DNA of 59,167 nt, filler included, from Sphacelaria rigidula (taxonomy: Eukaryota): the NCBI GenBank assembly GCA_964200075.2. It is 8 parts of 8 records of this genome, joined end to end, with 100 filler letters (N's around TTAATTAATTAA, not from the genome) between each part and the next. Parts side by side here need not be neighbours in the genome. Positions count along the whole stretch, not along the records: positions 7,410 to 14,718 come from CAXNAA020015512.1; positions 14,819 to 22,127 come from CAXNAA020015513.1; positions 22,228 to 29,535 come from CAXNAA020015514.1; 5 more parts are not named here. One strand, written 5' to 3'. Shown here piece by piece: positions 11,085 to 22,742 of the stretch. Every line of letters begins with the position of its first letter. Within the stretch, counting starts at the first letter, position 1. The notes below the pieces were generated by a model, which was not told where the DNA came from, made no database searches, and saw nothing but the letters and a program-made list of their open reading frames with translations. The position numbers and the translations under genes were made by a program.

Positions 11085-11859
11085 GCCTCATGGGAGATGA
11101 CCTCGCTGGCTGGAGAAAAACGTTCCAGGTTACCGATGACTACGACGCGGACCTCGTCTTCCCTGAGGACCTTGAAGAACAGATGCTTTTGATGAGACGC
11201 TCCTTTGATGTGGAAGATCATATGTATCTTGAGATATACTCATTTGACTTGGAAAGGAACGGAGACGCCAGGAGAGCGAGAGGTGCGACTCAAGAAGACA
11301 TGTACTCCATGAGCTACTCGTTTGATCTAGAAAGAAACGGAGACGCCAGGAGAGCGAGAGGTGCTGCTCAAGAATATATGTACTCCATGAGCTACTCGTT
11401 CGATCTGGAAAGAAACGGAGACGTCAGGAGAGCGAGAGGTGCTGCTCAAGAAGATATGTACTCCATGAGCTACTCGTTCGATCTGGAAAGAAACGGAGAC
11501 GCCAGGAGAGCGAGAGGTGCTGCTCAAGAAGATATGTATTCTATGAGCTACTCGTTCGATCTGGAAAGAAACGGAGACGCCAGGAAAGCGAGAGGTGCTG
11601 CTCCAGAAGATATGTACTCCATGAGCTACTCGTTTGATCTGGAAGGGAGCCACAATACCATGTATTCTATGAACTATATTACTCCTGTGATCTAGGAAGG
11701 AACGGAGCCATCAGCGAGGCGAGAAGTGCAGCGCAAGGAAAAATGGATCCCGTGAAGAACCTCATTGATCTGGGAAAGAACGGCAACGACATGAAAAAGA
11801 GAGGTGCAGCGCATGGAGGAATGTTTTCTATGAGCTACTCCTTTGATGTGGAAAAATAG
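11085..11859 (+). CDS. Terminal exon encoding a tandem peptide-repeat protein (26-aa units MYSMSYSFDLERNGDARRARGAAQED); apparent frameshift at about 11674-11680
   Basis: ORF 11090-11695 with a caccAG acceptor at 11084 and an in-frame stop upstream at 11039. Repeat ATGs lie at 11222, 11300, 11378, 11456, 11534 and 11612 (78-bp period). Further units continue in another frame to TAG at 11857-11859. Confidence 0.7.
11222..11660 (+). repeat. 78-bp coding tandem repeat, about 5.5 near-perfect units
   Basis: Directly visible period of 78 nt. Confidence 0.97.
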
Positions 11860-13694
11860 CTTGAAACGTCGTACGTTCGACGACAAGAGTATTTTTGTTG
11901 TGGGAAGGAGCAAGCATCATCGCGAACCAAGCAAGATGGTCTTTGCTTCGACTACGAGTACACAAACGTTTGCTTGGCTTTTCTTTTCTTCGGCCCCGAC
12001 ATGTCACTTCGGTTTTCGACGTTCTTGCCGGGTTGCACACGATTTCATTGGACATAGCGTGTGATCAATTCCCCACGGATTCCCCACGGATTCTCGCATA
12101 TCATTTTCCGCTATAGTACTGCCCCTCTCGTTTGGTCGGTCGTTTTCATTCGAAGATTTCTTGTCTCGGTTTTAGTTGTAGTCATAGCTCCACTGATTCT
12201 GCTTACGAAACATGCGTTCCATTAAAGCGACTGAAACCTGTTCGATGTAATTTCGGAAACAAGCCTTACTTGATGCTCAGGTTGTTTGTGTGTCTTCGTG
12301 GCGTTTGTGTTTGTCCGGAGTGGTATGATCGATGCCGCACGGTCACCTTCGTAATGCGTGAAAAGACTCGCGTGCTCAGGTGAACGCATCGGAGTTCAAA
12401 CACGGCTGTGGTTAGGGTTAGTGTTGGTGTTAGTGTTAGTTACGGTCAGGGGCGTGGTCCCTGCGAGGAATGCTTCGATTGGTTTTGAAAAACGTCGATC
12501 CTGAGGTGTTCTGAACAACAACGCGGTCCTCTAGGCACGCAGTCTTGTCACGCATGACAATCCTTGTGTCCTGTCTTGAACGTATTCTTGCGGGAGACTG
12601 GAACGTTGTGTTGTGAACGTGGCTCTCGCTTCAGCGACTGCCACATGAAGACTTCGATGCGTTCTGAAGGAAGACGTACCGAAATCATTCGGAATTTTGC
12701 TCAAGTCTGCCTTTTGCTGCTTCATGCCTCCATGGGTTTCTGTTCAATCGTCGTTCCTTTTTCCTGCTCCCCTGGCTTGTATCGCGTCGTTGTGTTTGTG
12801 TTGACCGTGGATGAGGGAGGAGTATAATTCATGTTTCGATGGGGACATGAATTATTGCCCCGTCGCCGAGTATCACGTGTACAGACAGGTGAAGCTGTTC
12901 GAATGCAGCCATGACATGTGTTAGCTGGCAATGCTAAAGTAGAGTGACTCCTGCCCATTTTCCGTGTGTTTTTTTTGTTGGGTTTTGGGAGATAGTGCTC
13001 GTTCTCCACTTTGTAGGTGAAAGTGTTCGCATGACAACGGAATGGACACAATAATTGCGCTACTTTCTCACCACTTTGTTTCGTTCCAATTTTGTTGAAC
13101 GTCGTGTTGTTTTGTAGCCCCATACTTGAATCTTCATATTCTGAATGCAGCTGTGATTCGTGTTGGCCGGAAAGATTCATACAGTGGATCGTGTGTGTCC
13201 TCCACTTTTTGTGATGTCTTCACTTTCACTTTTATCATTTCGTAGTGTTAAGTATTGGTTCTGCGCATAAATTATACGTGCGCGGTTTGATATGAATAGT
13301 TAGTAGTGAAAATAATAGGGGTATTCTCTGACAGAGTATACATGCGAGTCATACATGGTATCCCGAGTTCATTGCTGCTTGGCTGTTCCTCAGAAACATT
13401 CGAGGTGTATATCTCAATAGTCGGTGCGGTGTTGGTGTGGGCGGGTGAGGCGGTGACCCGCTGGCAGCAGTGATTGGTTAGTGTGGAAACAGTGCGGTCC
13501 CCACGGGGGGGGGTATTCATGATCATGCATGCCATAGTCATAGGGGCCCGTGTTATCGAGTCCAAAAATGTGAGAAGCGCGACGTGATATTGGTGGGAGC
13601 CCGGAAGATATTTTCCAAAAATGTGTGAACCGTCACTTCACTATCAATATCACGAAATGATGATCATTTCCCTTGTTTCGTCAAAACACCGCCC

Positions 13695-14170
13695 AAGACC
13701 ATTGGCCTCGCATCCCTACAAAGCCGGGACGAAGCACGTCGGCTTCTCGCCGGAGAAGGCTCGCACTCAATCACCAAGCGCCAAGCGCCGTGGTGTGTTC
13801 GGCGAGTCGCATGAAGGGTGAGCTGCATCGTGCCAAAGTTGTTCGGCCCGAGGCGTACTGGTTTCATCACATTTGGATCACAGCCTACAATGCGTTGCTT
13901 CATATTCTGGTATCGCCACTTCCCGAGACAGCCACGGTTACACTGCCTCATGGGTGTCTCACCATTTGAACAATGTACAGGACGATCATCCCCTTTACAC
14001 AGAGTTGAGATTTTTCCACCGCGCACAACATGATTTACCTCGACCACCACTACGGTTACCGCAAAAAAACGCAAGCGAGAAAACCCCCCGATAACCTGAC
14101 TGCCTAGCTTAAGCATTGAACAACGTGTTTTACAGCGTCATTGCCAATTGACGCCAGCCCTTAACAGGGC
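13695..14170 (+). repeat. Dispersed repeat family; other copies at about 34452-34880 and 56566-56662
   Basis: All three copies share cattg(g/a)cct(c/t)gcatc(c/t)ctac(a/g)aagccgg. The first two also share tgtgttcggcgagtcgc, caccattt(g/a)aaca, gagaaaa and tacagcgtc(a/g)ttgccaa. Confidence 0.8.
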
Positions 14171-14818
14171 GGCGGCGGGGGAATTGCCGGTTTCTAGATC
14201 AACGGCGAAGCTTTCGAAATCAAACTGCATGTTTCCATTTACTTTCTAGGTAGCCGCAAACTTAGGAAGCCGGAAAAGGTAAAATTTCGCTTGAAGTCAA
14301 GAAATGGGGGTCGTCGACCAATCAAAAGTGGCAAAACGATGAGCTATGTTCTGTGTGTCCGAATGGCGCCGCCCACCGGCGGCAATGACAAGATGTATCG
14401 CTTTGGGGACACGGATTGGAAATACATGAGACGTTTCTCGGAGCAATTTTGGACACGCTTGCCCCCTCTACTGTTGTCACGACAGCTGCACAGATCACAG
14501 CATATCAATAAAAGCGAAAGTTCAATACCCCAATGAAACCACGGTGAAGAAGTACTGCGGGGGTCAAAACACACCAATGGAAGGTAACAAAAAACGAGCA
14601 TTGACGGCGAAAAAGCTGCCCCCCCCCGCCGTCAACAAGTTCTGACGAGTGATGCTACAGTAGGGGTACACAAATATTTTCTGAGGTTAGAATTGTTAGG
14701 AGCCCCTTATCTCATCCANNNNNNNNNNNNNNNNNNNNNNNNNNNNNNNNNNNNNNNNNNNNTTAATTAATTAANNNNNNNNNNNNNNNNNNNNNNNNNN
14801 NNNNNNNNNNNNNNNNNN

Positions 14819-14880
14819 AACCCCCCTGCTCAACCATCAGAAGGTTACGAGGTTACCATCTGAGCCACCGGGGCGACCGG
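14819..14880 (-). mobile_element. tRNA-derived SINE head, same family as 59077-59167
   Basis: Reverse complement reads accggtcgccccggtggctcagatggtaacctcgtaaccttctgatggttg, with an A-box TGGCTCAGATGG. Confidence 0.75.
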
Positions 14881-15353
14881 TATGAGTATGGCAGTTTTGA
14901 TGGATGATGAATGTCCGACTTTGCTTGTTAAGGTGTATTGACTTTGGACTCATCCTACGATAGGGGGGGGGGGATTTTGGGCCACGTCTTGCACGAAATT
15001 TCGAGTCAAATCGTCGTTGAAAGCAGCAACGGTTGTTCGAACGAGCTTGTTGTGGACTAAAAACGCTCATCCATACTGCATGACACCGTTTGAAATCAAA
15101 TACAAGCGCAACGCAAGTGTTGCAGGTCGTCTGACACACCTATGAGCCTCTTTTTTCGTGCAACCAAATACCCCCCCCCCCCCTATCGGAGGATGACTCT
15201 TTGGACTGGACGTGACGATATTGGTGAAGGTGGGCGTGGTTCTTTCCCATTCCGCTATGAACTCTGAGGAGGAACAACGGTTTTTAGAGTGAAGTGGTGT
15301 AAGTAAACGGGACTCTCATCACTCTGGAAAAATTGCTCTGAAAAAACTTCATA

Positions 15354-15897
15354 CAGTAGTGGGCGGTCTAACTATTCAGCGCCGTTTTTTGGATTTTCCT
15401 GGCGTACTACTCTTCGATAGAACTCGAAATTGCTAGCGTCGGTAGATTTTGGTTCAATAAACAGATGACCTTCGAAAAACAGTGCCCAAGTCAGTGCTAG
15501 TTGGTGTTATCGGGCGAAACGAGTAAATACCCGTTCATCAGGAGGGTTTTATTGACCGTGAAACACAGTTTTTCGGCTCCAGTGCAATGAGTAGACAGAA
15601 TTTCAAAAAAATATATCTGTATATTTTTTTACAGATACGATCGGGACAGGATCGATTGGCCAAAAATACCGAAGAGTAAAAATTTCGGCTGAAACGTCGC
15701 AGGACCCCTGATGAACGGTCAGCCCGTAAGTCGATGAATATTGAGTACATATGTTTCTTTTTTCTTCGAATGTGGAGCGGATACAAATATCTTGTGATCC
15801 TCAATGTAATAAGCGGCGGCAAGCAAAAAGAGCCCGAGAAAATCGCCAGTTACGAAGAAATCACAAAATGCCTCAAAATGAGGACCGCCCACTACTG
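15354..15897. mobile_element. 544-bp MITE, second copy of the 7840-8383 family
   Basis: CAGTAGTGGGCGGTC TIRs, TA flanks and collinear internal homology. Confidence 0.9.
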
Positions 15898-16410
15898 TAG
15901 CGGAAAGTTTACCGTTACCGGCTATTTTTTCCTTCCACTTTGGCTCTAAGATTTGAAAAAACGTTTTCCAAAACTCTTTAATATGCGAAGTTTTTCTGCA
16001 GTTGGCCGGTCTCCGAGAAAAATGAGCGATCCCCGAGAAAAATGCAAGTCTGGGCAAGAAACTGCATCGGAAAAACGCACAGACGAGCTGGAACCGTCCC
16101 AATGAGTACCGCAAGTCACATCAAGATGTCAAAATCCGCCTACCACTTAACCCTTCGACCGCGAGCGCCGCCTCACAACAGTTGTACAGGCTGACACTCC
16201 CGAGGCATCCGGGGATTTCCAGAGGTCGGGGGGGGGTCTTCTAGCAGAGCATCCGAGAAGCTCACGGACTCGACCATGTGTATTTCGAAGTTTCCCGCAG
16301 AAAATTATGAGCCGTGCAGGAGGCCCGAGAGGCGCGGGATGACCATTCTGACCAATCATGGTAATCGAAATGTGCACTATAGTTCCCCTAGCGTGAGACT
16401 AGCGTAAGGC

Positions 16411-17053
16411 TGTATCGCTGTCTACCCCCATGACTCATCTTGGTCATGGTAAATCAATCATAGATGACAGACTACAAACGTATATGCTTTGCACTTCAGT
16501 ATTTGAGTGCACTGTTGTTCAGTCCTGTCTCAGCTGCTTCGTCCTAGCTGCATACCAGCACCTGACATTACACAAACGGCGCAACACGCGAGCCCCCTCC
16601 GCGAGTATCCAGTGCACATTGCGATTAACGCCCACGTCGACGGAGATGCGACCGGTATTGCGGACCAGTCATTGGAGGTTTGCGTATACTTCCCACATCG
16701 CCCTCGAGAGTTCGCTCACGAGGCTTATAGCCTCTGCCAGACGATCTGGACAAGAGGGCTATTCAGTGAGGGACTTCTCCAGGGCGATGTGGGAAGTATA
16801 CGCAAACCTCCAATGACTGGTCNNNNNNNNNNAGAGGGCTATTCAGTGAGGGACTTCTCCAGAATCCACTGGCCTCACGCTCTATAAGAACTCCTCTTAG
16901 AGCTTCCATTCACGAAGTAAGCAACAGCAGCCCACTGTCTACACATCAAAGGCTACACGGTAAGGGTCATCACCCACACTGTACCCTGTCACATAATCAT
17001 CATCCAGTATCATACATGTTAAACGCAACGGCTTGGCACCATTTTGGGCTACA
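16411..17053 (-). repeat. Putative 3' LTR of gypsy element 1
   Basis: TGTA...TACA termini, preceded on the minus strand by G-rich TTGGGGGTGC just after the integrase/chromodomain end; contains a 10-N gap. No 5' LTR is present to confirm it. Confidence 0.5.
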
Positions 17054-17722
17054 GCACCCCCAAAGCGAGTTCAATACAAACGAACGAGCTTGACTACCAA
17101 CAAAAATCACCAAGCCGAATTTGCATGCGCCAAATCACAAAGAAATGCCATACATACTCCGACGCTAATTTACTGGTCAACACCCGAGTCAACCGCAGTT
17201 TACGCAATTCCTTGACAACATAGTTAGGCGCCGAAGAATGAATTTTCCGAAGAGACCCCCACGCACGTTCTTCAGAATCGAAGCCATCCCAATCGACCAA
17301 AACTATGACATTTCCATCATCGTCTTCTGCGACGTGTACCAAAGCATTCATCCGACACCCCCCCTGAGCATACTAATGCTGAAAATCATTTTTGAGTTCC
17401 GTAGTGATGTGCAACTGTGAGTCAGCATAAAAACGTAAACGAGCGACATGAGCCGAGTGCACGGCGCCAGAAACAATATTCTGCACCGAATACACGTGAG
17501 CGTGATCGACTCCGCCCACTCGCCACGGACCTGTCCATGTGGACATCAGTTTTGGCGTCACATCTTGCCTACGAACACGAGCACACAAAACAAAATCACC
17601 AACCGCAAATTTGGGCAACACAGCTTGGCCCTGAGAAAGCTTACGTTTAGTTTCTCGGGACATCGTAACAGCTGCTTGCACTTCTGTGCAAAACCTCACT
17701 TGCTCTTCAACGACGTTCTTAA

Positions 17723-17792
17723 GGCTTAGACCGCGAGATTAGTCTTTCTGGATCATGCATACTTTTTTTTCACTAACCTTGCGGTCTGAGGG
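17723..17792. mobile_element. Short piggyBac-like MITE inserted in the gypsy integrase
   Basis: Homologous to 30958-31057 and 45718-45815 (cttagaccgcgag...ctggatcatgcatacttt); flanked by TTAA and TCAA. Confidence 0.8.
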
Positions 17793-20700
17793 TCAACCTT
17801 GTCACGCAACGCGTCAGCATTCATGACATCGATTTTCCACTCGCCGTCAGTGGCAGAAACCAACGCTGATAACGCGGTACGCGGCGCCCGTCCAAACATC
17901 ACACAGTATGGAGTGTAGCGGTATCGTTCACGAAAAGACGTATTCAGCGCCCACTGAGCTGCCCGTAGAATATTAACCCAATCCGACACCGGTCGTCTCT
18001 GTTGTGATAAAATAGACATCAGCGCACGAATAACCTCCTTCACCATAATACGTTCACATGCACCGTTGGACCATGGGGTGTATGCAACAGCAAACCACTG
18101 CAACAAATATTGAGCCGTGACCTCATCTGTACAAGCTCCGATCGGCCTCAGACAAACGAAATTAGATAAATCATCCATTATGACTAGTACGTATCGAAAA
18201 CCATCGTCCTCAGGCAAGCCATCATCACCTTCAGGCCCGCTACTCCCGACGTAGAGAAAGTCAAAGTGAACCACCCCACCTGGCGCAGTACCATGCACAG
18301 TACCGCCAAACGGACGAGGTACAATTTCACCAGCACGAGTGTCTACACAGTGTAAACACTGGCGAACAAACTCGCAAACCTGAGAATCCATGTGAGGCCA
18401 CACACAGTATTATTTCAGACGAAACAAAGTCGGCGCCGCACCACGGTGCCCAGCCGATCTCATGTGAGCGCACACCATAAGGCGATTTTGCAGAGTCTTA
18501 TCCTCTGGCGGAATCCACAGAACGTCGCGACTGCCAACATGTACCCGAAACAAACCATCATCAGCCAAGGTAGTTTGACCGAAGGCCGTGGGAAAAGAAG
18601 TTACACCGTCGCCGACTGTTTTTTGCTGCGCATTGCGAATTACATCTAACGAGGGCAGCGAATCATCAGCATCACACGGGCTGTACACAGCAACGGAACG
18701 AATAGGTATGGTAGGGACCTGTACCCAACTAGAGAACAAATCTCCCCAACATTTTCTTTCTCCCGGGATATGTTCAATTGCGTATCGGTACTGACCTAGC
18801 ACACCTTTCCAATTCTCCAGTCTCGGTGCCATGGCTTTTGTGACGGAGGTGCCACACTCCTCAGAGCTGAAAATGTACTTCAGATTACGATTATCAGTGA
18901 AGATACGAACACCACCCCAGAGCAAATACTCGAGTCTACGGAATGTGTTTACAATCGCGAAACCTTCCTTATCCACTGTCGCCCACCGCAACTGTGAAAC
19001 CTTGAAACTACCACTCAGAAACCCCAAAGGTTCGTGTGACATATTTTCCAACGCCATTCCACTGTTAAACTCTGCGACAGGCACCTGCGTCAGGAAAGAC
19101 CCCCAGTGAAGGCCACTTGCATCGGGAAACATTAACACAACGCACCCAGGACGAGGATGATACAGTGGGACCGCTTGCGCCACCAAATCCTGCGCTGCAC
19201 GCCATGCCCGCACCCGATCCTCCGTCCAGGCGTCTTCCAGAATGACACGATTTCGCGCCACCCGCTTGGTCCTACGCGACGCCCCTGCCATCAGCTGTTC
19301 TAAAAACGCACGAAGCAGCGCTACTACTCCTGCCATGCGAGGTAGCGAAGTTCGCAACTAAGTGACCGCCTGCAAAAACTGCATCAGCTCACTTGCATTT
19401 TGAGGACGTCGCATTGTACTCAGTCCTTGACTGCGTGCAGGATCATGAGACACAGTTCCGTGCGAGTACACGTTGCCACACCAAACTAGTTCTCGAGAAA
19501 AAACGTGCACTTGAGAGCTGCGACGAAGAGACCAACACTTTCCAAACGTCCGAGAATCTTGTCTAACAACGTCAGCAACGATTCTTCTGAATCGGCGAAA
19601 TAGAGAACATCATCGACCCACACTTTGCAATCCAATCCCTGCAAAAGATCAGTCATCACACCCTGAAAATAGGATGTAGCATTCAGCACACCTGGAGGAA
19701 CACGAGTTGGCGTAAAAGGACCTTCTGGTGTGACGATCAGGAAGAACTCTTGTGCGTCCGGTGCCAGAGGCATTTGCCAATACCCCTGGAGCAAGGTCAA
19801 TTTGCCAAGGCATTGTGCTCCCAGTAACTCCCGCATGCCCTCCTGACCCGGCATTGCCCCCGGAGACTGCTCTATCTGCGCGTTCACCGCTTGGTAGTCA
19901 CTGACCAAACGGAAAGTATCTTTTTTCGGCATTGCCATCGCCGGACTCGCCCACACTGCTTGTATGTTCCTCACCACCAAACCAACCGCCACCAACGCCG
20001 CTATGTATGCAGCCAGCCACCCGGTTTTCACCGGATCGTATCGCCTTGGCTTGGTCTTTACAGCCTTCGCCTGCGGCTTGAGTTGCACGCGCATCGGCTC
20101 TACGCGCGCTGGCGGATCACCGCACAGCGCACGTCGAAATGTATCTACGCGACGAGACAAAATATCGCGCAGACGATAAGTGCCCTCGGCGCTCAGGCCC
20201 TGCTGTTCGGCCTGTCGCACGCTATCTGCCAGCGCGCGATCCCTCCCCTCCTTCTCTTCTGCAGGGTTCAGAAACATGTCCGGGCCCCAGTCCACCAATC
20301 TCTCCACTGCCTCATCCGCAGGATTTTCCTTCACACGCTCAGATTGAAACGCATCGACAGAGATGGTCACCCGCCTAGCCGCTAGATGACTATAGTTTTC
20401 GACGTCCGTCTGAACCGGCACGGCATGGGGGCGTAACTTCTCCAACGCCAGAGGATACAAATCAATGCCGATCTGCTTCATTGTTGCCATACCGAAGAGA
20501 ATGACATCATCCCTGCCGGGAAAAATAGCGAAGGTGATAGGTGGCATCTGCACAGCCCCCCACGGAGTGCGTACAATTACGGAGATTGGGACCGTCTTGT
20601 GTGTTGCCGTCGCGAGCTCTCCCGTAGCGGTGTGAGCGGTTTGGGGACCGTTTTGGAACGGCAACTGTAATTGAGCGTTGCCGCAGAGCGAACACAACTG

Positions 20701-22289
20701 GGCCAGCAAACCCACGCTGATAGACGTAAGCGCGGACCCAGAGTCCAGAATAACTCGTGCCATCAATGATCCTACCGTACCTGCCAAAGAAAGGTCAGCA
20801 CGGAGGCATTGTGCAGTGCGATCGACAGGTACTACACCTGTTGGGGAGAAACCTTGATTGTTGGCTACAGTCACCTGTCGCCAAGGCTGCGCTCCAGAAA
20901 GTGGCATCGTCGACACCGAATCGGCGTTCCACCCCGACCAAGATTCCGTATATGTAGACGGCGCCGTTGCCGCCGTCGCAGTAGCGGGAGCGATACCAGA
21001 CACGGAGCCTGCCTGGCCGGTGGTTTGCGAGCTGTCCGCTCCAGCATCACCCATCGAAGTACCACTCCCTCCTACATAAACTGCCCACCACGGCATGGAC
21101 GGGCCAGAAGAGCGTGAGGCAGGTTCTGAAGATGCAGCCGAAAATATTGTAGTGGAGGATCCACCATCCGTCGCCTCTCGATTGCTGCCGCGGCCACCGC
21201 GCCCGCGTCCACCATGACCTCTACCTCCTCCTCCATGACGACGGCCGCTGGATCCTGACTAATCTTTCGGACTTTTTTTATTAGCGCCCTTGGCGCGATG
21301 CTTGGGACCATCCTTTAAAAGAAGTCCATGGTCGCCACAGTTATAGCATGTGCAAGTAGATGTCCCTCGCGCAGACGACTGCTGCTGCTGTTGTTGTTTG
21401 CGGCGAGATCCACCTGTACTTGCCCCACCATCACGGCGTTCTACAGATTCTACAAGTTTCCACTTGTCAACAGCCTCAAATACCGTCTTCATCACTAAAG
21501 TCGGGTTTCGTTTCCACCCCTTCCCGTACTTCAAGAGCGTCTTGACATGAGCCTTAAACGCCGGAGGCGCAATACCGTCCACCATGGCAATAGAAACTAA
21601 CTCTGCCGGACCTGGCAGCCAGCTTTTGTCTTGTGCCCTGTACACGGCTTCGACCGACAATGTTTTTGAAAATTACTGTTCCAAATTTGAAGTGATTGTC
21701 ATTGCCCTATCCCGTACAGACAATGGTCCGTCTTGGGCCATCCTGAGAATGCGCTTGATATCAGCCGCAGCCCGAGTTTTATCCTCTCGACCGTCGGTGG
21801 TGGTATACCCAGCATGCTGCTTCGCAGCATCTACGATCTCCGCTGCGGTCATTGTTCGTCCGTCTGTGTACAGGATTTCGAAACATTGACGAATGTAGGC
21901 AGGAATCAACTGCCCAACGGGCACTTGCGCGTGTGTCACTCATCCTTCTTCATTACGCAACCGCTGTTCGTAATCGAGATAGGCCCCGAAAAACTTGCGA
22001 CTACCTGCTTCGTTCCACTCTTTACCATGTTGCGGCGGATGTAACGTCTCACCCAATACCAGTAACAACAAATTGTGAGAATTGAGGTTTAACTTCGAGA
22101 TGAGGCTCAAGCCTAAAACAGTGCTTTNNNNNNNNNNNNNNNNNNNNNNNNNNNNNNNNNNNNNNNNNNNNTTAATTAATTAANNNNNNNNNNNNNNNNN
22201 NNNNNNNNNNNNNNNNNNNNNNNNNNNGATTCAAAGACCAAGTCTCTCTTCACCGTCGATCTGTTTTCGATCGTGAGATCTGTCCCGAT

Positions 22290-22742
22290 ATTATTGTTAG
22301 TCGTGTAGGTATGACACGATTATTTTTTCCAGCTCGCCTTATAATTTCGCCTCTTTTCTCCGGATTTATGACACGGCGAGTCAAGTTAGCGCGTATTATT
22401 TTATCTTGAACTGATTTGATACGCGTTCATGTCTGAGTATTATTTCAGTCGTGTAGGCCTGACACGAAAAATTACTGCCGCTCGCCTTAATTATTATTAT
22501 TATTTTTTTTCGCGAATTCTGGGGACGGCGAGTCATCTTCGAGCGTATTATTCAACTTGGTTTGATTTTATAGGCGTTTTTTTTTCTTCAGACATTGTGT
22601 TGGTCGTGTAAGTATAACACGATTTTTTTCCAGCTTGCCTCTTATTTTTCTCTTATTTATTTATTTTTTCCGAATTTTGAGATGGCGAGTCAAATTAGCG
22701 CGTATTGTCCAACTTGTGTTTTATTCGATACGCGTTAATGAG
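22290..22742. repeat. Three diverged tandem units of about 150 bp in the 3' region of gypsy element 2
   Basis: gtcgtgta..acacga, gct(c/t)gcct, ggcgagtca and gcgtatt each recur three times at about 150-bp spacing. Confidence 0.8.

Larger units (their letters stand above)
16411..22070 (-). mobile_element. Degenerate Ty3/gypsy LTR retrotransposon 1 (gag-PR-RT-RNaseH-IN-chromodomain)
   Basis: Gag with degenerate knuckle CYNCGDHG; PR ILDSGS; RT WASP..LVSDY..LQGYWQ..VWVDD; RNase H FPDASG..DKEGFAI..FTDNRNL; IN HMRSAGH..CLHC, HFDF, MDDLS, PWSNGACER, WTGPWRV; chromo-like VLVDWDGFDSEERAW. Multiple stops and frameshifts. Confidence 0.95.

Noticed and set aside
11327-11653. Antisense 108-aa repeat ORF
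   Set aside because: It is the shadow of the plus-strand repeat; synonymous variation favours the plus frame.
11222-11660. CRISPR array
   Set aside because: The whole 78-bp unit repeats with no unique spacers, it is in-frame coding, there are no cas genes and the context is eukaryotic.
16752-16862. 30-bp direct repeat across the 10-N gap
   Set aside because: It is probably a collapsed short repeat or scaffolding overlap inside the LTR.
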